Shown here in pieces: positions 41,321 to 53,943 of a stretch of DNA of 64,000 bases. The DNA lies in NCBI RefSeq assembly GCF_009914755.1, contig NC_060940.1. One strand, given 5' to 3'. Positions within the stretch are counted from its first letter, which is position 1, and every line of letters starts with the position of its first letter. A program made the translations under genes and the position numbers. The DNA comes from the human T2T-CHM13v2.0 reference genome, Homo sapiens. The notes beneath the pieces are model-generated. The model searched no databases and was not told the origin of the DNA. It saw nothing but the letters and a program-made list of their open reading frames with translations.

Positions 41321-41653
41321 ATGACAAAAATAGATCCAGGGGTAAACAGCCTCCACAGTCATGCTTTTAATAAGCACAGCCATAACTAGGAAATTGGATT
41401 TCCAGGAGCTGGGAGACAGGAGGGGGGAAAGTTGCAGAGACATGGGAAGGAATGGGAAGGACCCTCAGTTCTTCTCTGCACCCATAACACTTATCAGAAA
41501 ATTGATGAGGATATCTTTTTTTTAAACCAAATATTGTTTGGTTATTTTGTTGATTTCCTCTTAAAATAGAGGAACATTTCATCCCTTCTAGTAATCATAA
41601 ACATATTTGCCCCTTTCTAGAGAGGAATCTTTTCTCTGGTGTCTTTCCAGGCC

Positions 41654-41840
41654 AGGGATCTGGAAACTTTTTCTGTAAAGAGCCAGATAGTAAATATTTT
41701 CATCTTTGTAGCTCAAGAGGCAAAATCAAGGATACTACGGAGGCGCTTACATGAGAACCATTAAAAAATGGAGAAGCCAGTCTTTGCTTGTGGGCTGTAT
41801 CAAGATAGAGGGCGACCCCTATTTGTTTGAGGATCCCTTT
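41654..41840. mobile_element. MER58-family hAT MITE
   Basis: caggg..tggaaactttttctgtaaagagccagatagtaaatatttt hallmark. Confidence 0.75.
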
Positions 41841-41929
41841 GCTAGGCAGAAACGTGTGCTTACATAACTTTCATAATAGTTTGTGTCATTGTCGGGGCAG
41901 AGGCATAGGATAAAATAAATCTACAGCCA

Positions 41930-42440
41930 CCTGGCCTGGCCTGTAAGACCCTGTGACCTGTTACCCGCCCTGCCCAACACCTTCCCTCCCCTCCACTCCC
42001 GCGCCCCTCACCACTGTGCTCCAGCCCCTGGGCCTTTGCTCTGCTGCTTGGTTTCTCTTCCCAAGACTTGCATTTTTAATTCCTTCTGCCTGGCATATTC
42101 TCTCCCCAACACCTTCTGGGGTGGCTGGTTCCTTCTGGAGCTTCAGATCTTGGTTCAAATGACCCTTGCTTGAGAGGCCTTCCTAGGCCACCTGGTTCTG
42201 CCCTCCAATGCACTCCAGCGTGCATTCCCATTCAGATTTTATTTATTTGTTCAGTTGTTTCTTACCTATCACCTCCCTCCTTCAAGAGCAGCCACCACAT
42301 CTGATTTGTTCACCTCTGTATCCTCTGGACCAAGCACAAAATGTTTTTGAATATGGTTTCCAATGTCTATTTCAACTGTTTCAAGTTCAGAGTCTCCAGG
42401 CTCAATAACTATATGCTGAATAAGTGAATGAATGAATGAC
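41930..42440 (+). mobile_element. L2 3' region
   Basis: ctgtgctccagcc...ttccttctgcctgg...gagaggccttcc...gaatgaatgaatga tail. Confidence 0.65.
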
Positions 42441-45117
42441 AATTTATTATCCCTCTTGGGTAGCTGGTCCCAGTTTGCTGACAAGAAAGACCATAGTCAA
42501 GAGACTTTCTCTCATTCCTAGATGCATGTCTCTCTAAGAAAGGTAATTTCTTGCATTTTGTTCATGGTGTTCCTTTTGCCTGGGGTCCAATTTTCCTCTC
42601 TTCCCTCCAACCCCAGCTCATCCATGCATATCCAAATCCTCCTCATTCCTTACCTGGATAAATGACCATTCCTCCAGGAAGCCCTCCTTGATCTTCCAGT
42701 CACGATAATGCTGGCCTGCTTGGGGCTCCTCATGTGTCCGTGTCTCACACACAGCCTATCATGTGGCTGGGCTCACCTGGGGGCAGGGTCCCCTCCATTC
42801 CTCTCCCTTACAGAGCCTTGCATGAAGGGGTTGGGTCAGGGTCAGGACTAGCAGCTCGACAGCCAATGGGTGATGGCACCAAACTCCAGAGTCAAGACCT
42901 GCACTCAGTTTTGTCTCTAAATCACGCCACCAAGGATTCATACAGCAAAATTGGTCTTGGAGCTCAAGCCATGATCTATGTCGTGGTGTCAATAAATGTT
43001 CTCAGGCCTGCAGTCAGGTTTGAGATCTATACAAGGTTCTGCATGGAAAGGGGGTGGGAATGGCTAGGGAGAGTCAATCTGGAAGTTGTCTGGAAAAGAG
43101 GCATGAAGTTAGGGAATGTTCGTCTATGTGTTTGGTAACTGGCCTCTGACAGCTGAGCCTTTCTGTTTACACCTCTGCAAACATGCAGGTCTATGTCCTT
43201 AGATTTGAAGGTGTCCCTCTTAGCATGTAGACTGTGGAAGGAGGAGGCTCTATTGCTGCTGGAAGGAGGTGAGGGGGAAGGGTAAAGGTGAGCTCTCTTT
43301 GCTCAGTTGTGTACTTGAACATGGGATGCAGAGCCTGTGTCTGCCTGGAGCTCACATCTTCTCCAGAAGAAGTTTTCTCTGGCTTGGGGGAGAGAATGCC
43401 ACTGTTCGGAAAGAAATTGCCTTTGGTGTGAGCAGAGAAAAGGGAACGATGTCAAATATGAACAGAGGTTTTCCTCAGGAGGCTGGTGCAATGTGAGCCT
43501 TACTTTCTCTTGGTGTTCTATCAGTCTACAACAGCTGGCAAGTCCTCGCATCATTTTTGTTTTCTTTAAAATGAGAAGGTGGAGGGTGAACCTGGTGCTC
43601 ATAAGCCCTGCCTCGCCTGGTGCACATTTGCTGGCATGAGGTGGAACAGGGTGGGTATTCATGTAGCTACAATATCAGAGCTCTATAGATTGCGATTGGC
43701 AGAAACCAAAGTCAAACTAGCAGAAGCCCAGAGAGGCTGAATCCGAGAAGGGCTGGACAGTCAAGTGCATAAAAGGACGGAGATACATCTGGGCCTCAGG
43801 ACAATGAGACCAGGGGTTCAAACTCTGTCCCCCATTAATTCAGCAATGCAACCAGCACCTGCTGGGTGCCTTCTATGTGCTGGGCACCTACCAGGATCTG
43901 AGTAGACAGGAGTGAAAAAAATCATTGTGGCCCTCGCCCTCATGGGCTGACAACCAGCTTCTCTGTGTGCATCGACATCTTCAATGCTCATTCCTTCCTG
44001 GCCAGCCTTCTGCACCCAGTGAAAACATGGCTGCAGACAATGGGGACAACTCACAACTGCATGATGCTATCTCATTCCAGGTCCAAACATCCGGGAGAAA
44101 AAAGGAAGCAGTGCCCATTGCGAGACCAATCCCTTAGGACCAGGGCTGAAGTCTCACTGTATGAACATGGAGGTTTCATTAGGTACTGTGGATAGAACCC
44201 CATTTTAGAGTTGGAGAAATCAAGTCTCCAAAATGTGATTAGTTTGCCAAAGATGACACAGTGTTAGCGTCAGGATTCAAACTCCAGTCAATCTGACCCC
44301 ATACCCTATGCTGTCTCTATAACAATATAATCAAGGAGATTGGATGCTACAAGTCTGAAGACTTGGACAAGAGGGTTGGCTCCTCCATTAGGGGGTGCAG
44401 GGCCATGGTGGAGATGTGGAGGAGAGACAGGAGTGTGCTAAGTGAGGTAGCAGGGGCAGTGGCTGGGCATGTCTTTGTCCAGATGGGGAGGGGCCGGTTG
44501 CAACCTTAGGGTGGGTCAGAACACAGGTGAGAATGCTCCCGGGTGCCATGGGGGCCAGTGCTCGCCCTCTAGATGAGAGACTTTCTGCAGCGTCACACCT
44601 ACCCAGAGAAAGAGCCTTGGCACTGCAGAGCTGGGTCCCATGCATTGTTCCAAAGTAGCTCTGCCCCACAGTAGAGTGAGGAGGGCTCGTCCTGCAGGGA
44701 CCATAGAATTGCACTTTTCAAAGCTGCAAAGTGCCTCTCAAAGAGGAGATAATGGGAGAAAGGAGATGTCTGCACCCACAAAGGAGGAGCATTACTCTAA
44801 GTAGAGGATTTTGTAATTATATCCATTTGAAATAATCAAGCATTTCCACCTATTAAGGGAACCTAAAGGAGGTGCTGGAGAAAGTGATCCAGCCATTTCC
44901 CAGGGCTGCTCCTCATTGTTCACATGAAGAAAAGGAGCTGCAAATATAGATTGGTCTCTCGGTGAAAGGAGGCGGAAGTCAATGGAGCAGAGGAGGAGGG
45001 AGGGCTGGGTCACTGTGCCCTGGCAGCCACAGAGCCTGCAACAGGCCAGGCATTTGCTTGAAAGGGATGGTTGGGCACTGTGGTGGGGCCAGCAGGGTCC
45101 ATGGGGGGATTTTAGAG

Positions 45118-45313
45118 CAGTGCTGTCCAAGAGAACTTTCTGGGATGCAGTACATGGTCTCTCATACTGTGCTGTGGACAGGGTGCCTGCTACCCACCAG
45201 AAGTTGTTGAGCACTTAAAATTTGGCTAGTGTGACTAAGGAGCCAAAATTTTAATTGTATTTAAATTTAATTCATTTAGTGAATTAAACTAGTGGCTCCC
45301 ATAGTGGACAGTG
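45118..45313. mobile_element. MER3-like hAT MITE
   Basis: cagtgctgtccaa.agaactttctg...gagcacttaaaatttggctagtgtgact...tggacagtg inverted termini. Confidence 0.75.
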
Positions 45314-46369
45314 AAGAGGCAGAGAGAGTTGCAGGTAGTAGGCTCTGGTTGCTTATCTCCTAAGATCAGTACCTGCAGGTGCAAGGCCTCAAGTGTCTAC
45401 AGGGTCTGGACAGGTGATGTCAAGATGAATGAGGTTATTAGGTAAATAAACAAAAATCTCATTTCTCTTGTAACATGCCACCCTTTTGGCCCATCTTTGG
45501 TTTTCCCATGTTTGAGAGACATCAGATAAGCAATAGGCCTGGTTCTCTATCAAAAAGTGGGCTCAGGGCTACAGAAATCAGGGAGAAGTAGAGGCTCACA
45601 CCACGAGGACTAACAGAACTTCTCTGTGGTCAAATCCAGAGCAAAAGGCTACCAGTTGCAACCTCTGATGCAACACCTCTTTCCATCTTAGAGAGGAGGA
45701 AGAGGAGGGTCAAAGTGGGTCAGAGACTTGGACAAAGTTGGTGGTAGACCCACCTAGGACTAAAGTTCAGATTTTTTTTCATTCTCAGCCAGGGTAAAAT
45801 ATTAATAGTGAACAATCATCATCATAGCACTAGACTATTGTTTTCCACTGTGGCCTCAAAAATGGGAAGATTGTTTACTGTGCTCATACTACCTGCCTGA
45901 TCTTGTGCTAGGTGCCAGGAAATCAACCATGAATTAGAAGCATGAGAAGCTTGACAGGCATTCAGCATCCTGGATCCTCCTCCAGCAAAAACAAGATCAG
46001 GCATGAGATGGCAACTCACCTACCCTTCCAAGGACACTTTTCAAGTGTGTCTTTTGGAGTCATAGCAGTAGAATGAAGAAAAGAAAAAGAAAAGCAAACC
46101 CTGACCCAGGTGCTTTTAACCTGTGTGATTTTGGGCAACTCCTTTTATTTCTCTGAGCCTCAGTCTCCTCGTCTGGAAATTGGGATCATAGTCCTATTTC
46201 ATGAGGGAAGATCGAATGGCAAAACATATGTGAGAGTGTCTAGCATAGCAGGTGCTTTATAAATGTTAGAGGAAAGGGAAGTTAGGACATGATTTAAATA
46301 TATCCCATCAGTAGAGGCCAAGGTAAAATATTAATAGTGAACAATCATCATCACTATTAATATTTCTCT

Positions 46370-46832
46370 CTTTCTGGGGGATCCCCAGCCATAGCCCTCT
46401 TCATATGCTAGGAGATTCCACTCCATGTGACCCTTAGGGGACAGAGTCCGTCACCCACCAGAGTGGCTGACACTTTCCTGCCCCCCTTGCAGGAGGCAGA
46501 GGCATATAACCTGGTCCTGACCAATGACCTGCATCTGCCACAAATTTACCAGGACCCATGCCAAGAAGAAGCAGGAATGGACTGCTTCAGCAGCGCCCAC
46601 AGTGTTGGGTGGCCAGAGCCTGGTTCCAGCTGTGGGATATGGTATTTTGTGGTGGCAGCAGGGACTACCCTACTGGACTGGGGAGACCTTCACTCTGGCT
46701 CCTTGCACACACTTCCTTCCCCAGCCCTCCCAAGAAGTCTGGGATGCTTTCAACATAGTCTTAAAAATTCTCTTTCTGCTTAAATCAGCTAGTCCATTTC
46801 TGTTGATTGCAACTGCGGTTCTAAGTGATACC
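46370..46832 (+). mobile_element. LTR33-like (ERVL) LTR
   Basis: 3' end aaaaattctctttctgcttaaatcagctag...ttctgttgattgcaact...ctaagtgatac. Confidence 0.6.
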
Positions 46833-47799
46833 CTTTCCTTTAAGGTTTAATCTGAGCAACCTTGTCCATCAAGTGCAGGAAACGAGTTCAAGGGCATTTG
46901 ACTGTTTGCCACCCTGGCCCCTCTGTCATGAGGTTGCGTAGGTAAGTGGGCATTGCTAGAAGACACGGAGACATTCATTAGCGAACTGACCCCTTGTAAA
47001 ACGAGTCCTCCTCGAACAAACAGCCCTCTCCTCTCATCTTGATACCCATTTGTTGTGTTAAAGAATCCTGGGCTCTGACACCAAGCCACTGGCCAATGAT
47101 GGCCTGCTAGAGGAAGAAAACCATTGTCGGGAACAGCAATAGGAAAAGGGATTCAATATCCCATGTTCAATAATTGATCGCCAAGTCATTTAAATGTCAT
47201 AGGTGAAGACTGGATTTTGGAAAACTGATGCAGCCTTTGAATAGTTTTGCCCAAATCGCCCACTATGTAACTGTGAAAATCTATCACGAGGGGAAGCATG
47301 ATATATATAGTGGTGAAATAGTTTTGACTTAAAAAATAAACCCCAAATTGATAGTTTTCTTTATTCTAAGATTTAACACTACTGTATTACATTTATTGCC
47401 TATATTTTATTTCATAGAACATAAAATGAAATTTTTCTAAGTCTTAGTTTCAGTTTTCAAGATAAGACCCCACTTATTTATCTACTGACGATGAAGAAAT
47501 GCTGGCTTCCATGTTAAATAGCTTTTAACAGGAACCTGTTGCCCTTGGACAACAAAGATATTTGGGAACAGCCTCTCTATGCCTAGCCCTAGCCAGCCCA
47601 CATCCCAGGTGACCACAATGCCCTCCAAACTGTGATCTACTTGTCTTCTGGTACATCATCCCCCTAATGAGGCCCTTCCCAGCCTGGCTGGTGTCCCACG
47701 CAGACCTGGGCTGTAAAGACCAAAATGCTTGGCTCTCTGGCTGAGTTTGCCCCCGGCCCTTCATATTACCGCCTGACCCCTCCATCTCGAGCAGGAACT

Positions 47800-48260
47800 A
47801 GGCAGGGCAGCCGCAGCTGCTCAGCAGCCCCGGGCCACCCAGGAATTCTGGTCACCGCAGCTGCTCTAATTACTTTTTCCTCCTGCCTCCTGCTCGGGCC
47901 GTCTGCATGCTGATGGTGCAGGGCCGGGTCTCCACTGGATTGGAGTGGTATTTTTTTAGCGTCCCAACCAGTGTGTCCAGTTGACTGAGACATTTCGGGG
48001 AAGAAGCAGGTGCATTTACTTTTCAAGTATTATTTTACTAATCAATTGAAAAATTACCTTCATGAATGACAGAAGTGCAGACCTTTGGAGTATTTCATTA
48101 AAGGGAGCAAACATTAATTACGAATCCAGCCCAACCTTGCACAGACATAAATTATGGGCCTGATCTATTTTCTCTGTGCTTAATTGCAAGCAGTGACTAG
48201 TTCTTTAAATTATTATCTGCTAGGCCTCCAATGAAAAGAGAATTTATGGAGTGATATCCC
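47800..48260. promoter_or_regulatory. Candidate homeodomain-motif-dense enhancer
   Basis: TAATTA 47867, TAATCAATTG 48039, TGACAG 48067, ATTAATTA 48113, CATAAATTATGG 48146, TTAATTG 48180, TTTATGG 48243 in non-repetitive sequence. Confidence 0.45.
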
Positions 48261-48543
48261 GAGGCCTTGCTGGTGCCTACGCTGCTGCTCTGTGGGGATA
48301 GATGGAGAAGGAGAAGGCCACATCAGAGGAGCCGGGGTGGCATAGGTGCCCTAGGGAATGTGTCACATCCTTTCAAAGAATGGAGAAGGGAACAATTTCC
48401 ACCACTGTATTTCTAAGTCTCTGATCTGGTGTCTCAGGAGTTGGCCTGGGTCCCACTGAAATGGGTGAATTAGAGACAGATGCCCCTCCCTCGGTTCACT
48501 TACAGCCATCTGCCAGAAAGCAGGCATAAAAACTGTACCAATC

Positions 48544-48618
48544 TAGGCTAACCATGCAGTAAGTGGTGCCCCCTGCAGTTGTGCAATGCAACTTGCAGAG
48601 CTGTACAGGGTGGCCCTT
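48544..48618. mobile_element. MER91-like hAT-Tip100 fragment
   Basis: tgccccctgcagttgtgcaatgcaacttgcagagctgtacagggtggccct. Confidence 0.5.
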
Positions 48619-49777
48619 GGGGATGGCCATTAGTCCAAATTAAGCTCTCTCTGCCTTTCAGATGATATCTGTCTTGCTGTAACCCCCACCCTTGCTTCAT
48701 TGACACAACTGGTGGGTAAATATCTTTGAGTGGGCAGAAGTTTAGGATTTATCCTGGAGGAACTGACCTCTACTTTAAAGGCATGACTCAAATCATGAAG
48801 ACCTTTGAGTTTTACGGGAGCACCCACTTGTAGGCAGGGCCTGGTCATAGTGACTCCTGTCTTGGACGCTTTCTCTGGAAGTTAGTAGTCCCCATATTGG
48901 GCACCCCAGACAGCAACATGGAGGATCAGGATATTCCTAGGGGAGAAATTTGGCCAGAGTTGGAGATGAGATGGGGAGGGACAGCTGGCCTGGGCTCCTG
49001 GCTTTTGCTAGGGGAGTGGATGCTGGTCTCTAGTGAGCAACTCCTCTGTGAACCCGGAGCAGGTATACTTGCTGTCCTAAAAATAGTCCTGGTGAATGTG
49101 AGTCCATCGATTGGGAAGCACACTCGCAGCCCCTTCTCTCTGAATGGGATAGGGGCATGGTGAACAGTCTCAGCTGACTCCTTTACCACTGGCCTGAGGT
49201 TCCTGGACAACCTGGACTCACCAGAGAGGGCCCCAGGCCACAGAACTGCAGGGTGAGACCAGGGTAGGATGAGACACTGCCTCTCACTGTCTGAGCCTGG
49301 GCCATTTGCCATTGGGTTGAATGAAGAGTGGCCAATGGGAGAAACAGTGAGTGACCCTCTTCCATGTGGGTGTTCAGGCATCTACAGCACCAGGTATGTC
49401 AAAAAGCCCTTCCAAACCTGAATCCAATCATGGCTTAGCTCCGGCCCTCTCATCATCCTGGTGCCTTTAAGGGTTTGGCATCTCAGGCTATTTTTTAGCC
49501 CCTGGAGTGGATGTTTCCATGACGTTTTCCCTCAGTCATTTGGTTTATGGCATTTTCCCCAACAATGACAGATCTAAGGCCAACTGGACAGGGCCCAAAA
49601 GTAGCCAGAGTACTGCAACAAGATTACCAGGTGCCAGGGGTCTACAAAAAAACCCACGAAAGTTCTGGCACAGGTGTGTTTGACTGCCTGAAAAAAATAA
49701 ACGGAAAACATGATAGAAAAATGATATTGTTCAAAATCATGAAGCAGATGATCTCTTAGTGGGATCCACATTTCCTT

Positions 49778-50217
49778 CTATCAGTCAGAGTCTTGGCTGA
49801 AACCAATGGCACACTCGGACTGGGCAACTAAGATAGTTTAATACAGGGGCTCTTTACAGAGGAATGGGCCCACCTGGGATGGAGCAGCACACGGGGCTCG
49901 GAACAGCATTGAACAATGACCTCCCCGAGACCTAACACAGTGAGGGAAGAGGACAATTGCTAGATGCTGGAGGCAGAGGGCTGTGTGAAGAGGGCAGCTG
50001 GCAGGAACCTTGGTGATCCCGGTGGGGGCAGGGATGTGGTCATGTCCACGACAACTCTGGGGGACAGGTCTGCTAGTGCTGCCCATCAGTTGAGTCCAAC
50101 TAGAAGCCAAAAGGCATGGGATCCCAGGTCTCCAGTTCATTTATCTGAAGGGGCCCAGAGCCGAGAGGGAAAGCGTGGAGAGAGGATTTGAGCAGCCAAA
50201 GAAGATGCCCAGCATAT
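49778..50217 (-). mobile_element. Ancient mammalian Gypsy LTR (MamGypLTR1-like)
   Basis: tatcagtcagagtcttggctgaaaccaatggcacactc..actgggcaact.agatagtttaat resembles the recalled consensus; a purine-rich tract precedes the LTR on the minus strand. Confidence 0.55.
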
Positions 50218-50900
50218 TTGCCCTTGACTCAGTTTGGAGGTACCACTGACATTCACATTGACATTGAGGTGTTGAGCTCCCCTGGCTCTTGACCCCACCT
50301 GCTGCCACACGGCCTCCTCAGTCCTATAAATCTCTCCCTCTCCAAGTATTTCAGAGAGTTCTCAGGGGAAGTCTTACGCATGCTCACAAACAAGTCTTTT
50401 CTAGTTGGGTATGACCACTGCTCTGGGCACCACTGACAATGCATTGGAGCCTTGCTGTGCAAAGCTTCATGGTGGTCTGCAAAGAAGTGAGGGAGAAGGC
50501 CTCTCCCACCCTGAGCTACACCTGCCAGAGGAGTCCCAAAGCAATGACAAGTTCTCCCACATCTTGAGTACAGTCTGGAGTGAAATATCCTTTGCAGTTT
50601 TTACCTTCGGCTCTCTTGCTGTCAGGACTCTGATGCTAGTGTGCAAAGCTTCCCCAGAAGACATATCAGGGACAAACTGCTCCCCTCATCATATTCAGAA
50701 TCTTAATTCCTTCCTTAATACCCTATAACCAAGGTTTTCTTCCCTGATCGAGCTGGTCCTACTTGAATCTCTTTATCAGGATAGGCTGTCTCAGGACGCC
50801 ATGGAACTTTTAGACCCACCACCCAGTCTTCAAATTCATCTGAATCCTGGTGTGGTTTCAAACAAGGAAGCTCACTATATAAGAAACTATCACATGTTAC
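50218..50900 (-). mobile_element. Putative Gypsy internal (gag-like) remnant
   Basis: Minus-frame fragments DEFEDWV and SGEALHTSIRVLTAREPKVKTAKD loosely resemble the PNMA/Gypsy capsid; contiguous with the LTR. Confidence 0.35.
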
Positions 50901-50969
50901 CTTGTCTTTTGTGTTACAAAATTTCATCATATCCCTGCTACATGAATTCACAAAAATAAATTTTTTCTT

Positions 50970-51085
50970 CAGGACTCAGTTTCTTCATTTGCTAAGTGGG
51001 GATAATAGTTTCTACCCTCTTGGGGTCATTGTGAGGATTACGTAAGATAATAAATGTCAAGTGCTTAGCACAATCTCTAGAACAT
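50970..51085 (+). mobile_element. MIR SINE
   Basis: ctcagtttcttcatttgctaagtggggataatag...tgtgaggatta..taagataat...gtgcttagcaca. Confidence 0.75.
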
Positions 51086-51184
51086 ATCTATTTTCTATTT
51101 TGCATAAAATTTGAAGCATATTAACAGTACACATTATCAGTCAGTTTCTTTCAGGAATAGAAACCCATCTCACGGTGACTGTAG

Positions 51185-51724
51185 CATACATTTATCAATC
51201 CTTTAGGCTGTCTTATGTTTGAACCCCCTTCTCATGTTTGGGGAATTCCCCACGTTTTGAAGCAAAGCCTGTCTTCCACTGTAGTAATGGGAAAATGCCC
51301 TCTGTTCACTTTCCCAGCCTCCATTGCAGCTAGAGTATGGTTGCATGACCTAAGCCTTCATCGGTAAAGATATACCTGCCCTAGGCTTTCCAAAAGACAA
51401 GGAGAAGCAGGCACTTTGTGGAATCCATTCCACAAAAGACAGTGACCATGGTGTTAGCTATATTCAACCCCAGCAGCAGCATCAGGGGTGCCAATGAGCA
51501 AGGTGAGATACAAGTGCTCAGTGTCACCTTCAATGGTGTCCCCCCAGTTCCAATTCGGTGGCATAAATCTGGCATTGTTCTGAGCGGTGTAGTCCCAGTC
51601 CTGGCTCTCCTGCCCTCGTGGAGTGTCTGTGAGCAATTACTACCCTTTTAATGCATTCCTTCTCAGTTTTGAGTTAGCCAGAGAAGATGTCTATTGTTTA
51701 TGACTAAAAGCCCTGATTGAAACA
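51185..51724 (+). mobile_element. LTR33 (ERVL) solo LTR
   Basis: gaacccccttctcatgtttggggaattcccc...ttcccagcctccattgcagctag...gttagccagag...agccctgattgaaaca. Confidence 0.7.
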
Positions 51725-51729
51725 CTAGC

Positions 51730-52630
51730 TGAATTAAGGAAGATAATGGTAGCTGTTATTACAAAGAGGCTTAGGAATTTTGGTGGCTTAACATATAGGA
51801 AGTTTACTTTTCATTTACCTCAGTCTCAATGGCAGTGGACACAAACTTCCAATGTCATTTTCAGCATGTGGCTCCCAAGATCATCCTAGATGTTTTGACA
51901 TTTAATCAGTGGATGGAAGAAAAGAGTGTGAAAGATTGCACAGAAGGTTTTGGTGGAAGCACTATACTTCACTTCTGCCTCCAATTGCATTGGCCAGAAC
52001 TCAGTCGCCTGGTACCACCTAGTTGTAAGGATGCTGAAAAATATTGTCCTTAACTGGGAAATTGCTTCCCAGTGAAAACTCCACAAATCTCTGCTGGCTG
52101 TCTCTGCCATTGGGTAAACCAGTTACAGGGAATTTATTGCTCCCTATGACTGAAAAGTGCAGAGGATTTAGTCTCAGGAATGGCTGCATCTACGAGTCCA
52201 AAAAACATATTCCATCAAGACTCAGTGTCTCCCCAGCTCTTATTTCCCTCCCCATCATTGTGTGGACTCATTAAGAGAGAGGCTCTCTAGCTCAGTAGCA
52301 AGATGCCTGCCAGCAGCTCCAGAATAACATCTTACCGGCATAACGAAACCAATGGAAATACAGTGTCTCTTTCCCCATAGTTTCAGCCAAAGTCCCAGGG
52401 CTGACTCTCATTGGATCATCTTGAGTCACATGTCCTTCCCTGAACCAATCACTATGACCAGGGAGATGAAACAAGCAGATTGGCAGGCATGTGCTTACCT
52501 GGCTTGGAAGCAAACAGATTCAACTGGTACCTAAATCTCATGTACTCAGAGTGGGAAGGAAGAGGGTGGCTCCCCAAAGAGAAATGTTTACCAGAACAGA
52601 AAATGGCAAAAGCAATCATTGTCTACCAAA
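51730..52630 (-). mobile_element. Old MaLR LTR fragments (MLT1I/J/K-like)
   Basis: gtggcttaacata..gaagtttactttt; cattggccagaactcagtc; gctgactctcattgg..gagtcacatgtccttccctgaaccaatcac. Confidence 0.6.
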
Positions 52631-53523
52631 CGTACATAGACATTTGCTCTTGGCTGTGGCTCTCAGAGGAATATTCCTGGGACTTGGCGGGGCTCATCCT
52701 GGAGTTGAGCCTTAATTAATACATGGAAGATGTTTCCAACATTGGGATTTTTAACATAGAGAATAACAGCCTAGGCATGTCTAGGCACCCCAAACAAAAC
52801 ATTTCCTTTTTTTTTTTTTTTTTTTTGTTAATTTATTATCTGTGTCCTGGCTTTGGCTCTATCACTTTTCTCACATGTGACCTTGAATAACTTTTTCCCA
52901 TTCTGTGAAGTTGGGGAAGATATGATGTGATAACATCTGAGCTCCCTCCAACTCTGACATTCCAGGGATCTATGGAAAGCAGTCTTTCTGCTGGTTTTTG
53001 TTTAAATCCAGCAAACCCAGCCTGTGTCTTATCTGCACAAACAGGAAAATTAAATGAACACTGGGTTGGTGGTGGGGATTCTTGCTAATCTTTGCTTTGT
53101 TTCTGTAGAATAATTCAATTTAGCAATTCAATTCTACAAATATTTATTGATTGACTATCAGAGTCAAGATAAGCCCAGCATTTGGATAATTATTTTTATG
53201 TTTAAAAAAAGCTGTTCTCTGTTAATTTCCAGTGTGAGCTGTACATGTGGGAAAGAGCCAGGGCAAGTGAGGAGATTCCATTCTACAGATAAAGATGCTG
53301 AGGCCATGTGCAATGTTAAATCCAGCTGGTACAACTTTTGTCTGCCTCTCCTGGGCATAGCTGTAATTTTACATTTATGCATGTGATAATTTGATTACTG
53401 CTGGTCTTTCCCACGAAGGCGTTTGCTCTAGAAGGGGAGGGATCTAGGCTGTTTCTGCACCTAACACAGTGCCTGGCACATAGCAGATACTCAACAAATG
53501 TTTGTTGAATAAATGCATGAATG

Positions 53524-53705
53524 AAAGAGAGAAGGAAGGAGGGATGGAGGGAGGAAGGAAGGAAAGAAGGAAAGAAGGGAAGAAAGGGAGGGAGGGAAGA
53601 AAAGAAAGACAGAAGAAGAGAGGAATGAAAGAAGGAAGGTAGGAAGAAGAAGGGAAGGAGAAAAAGAGGGAGGATGGAAGGAAAGGAGAAAGGAAGAAAT
53701 CAAGA
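53524..53705. repeat. Polypurine (GA-rich) low-complexity tract after an L2 tail
   Basis: About 180 bp almost entirely G/A; preceded by L2 3' end at about 53400-53523. Confidence 0.9.
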
Positions 53706-53943
53706 AACTATTAAAAGATCTGCTTGTAACTCTCTGTGGGATCTCGGCCAAACCCTTTTCCTCTGTGACTCAATTTCCTTCTCTGTCAAATGAATAGTGA
53801 TTTCCCAGCAGGCTTTACATCAGGGTTGTGCCTGACACTGAATGGCAATACGATTGCCCTGGCTGTGCCCCAGATTTCCTAATTCAGAAACACGAAGGGT
53901 GGGATCCAGTTGTCTGCATTTTTAGCAAGCTCCCAGGTGATTC

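Noticed and set aside
44558-44576. CTCF-like CATCTAGAGGGCGAG on the minus strand
   Set aside because: Mismatches at the key 5' CC positions and the 3' end; too weak
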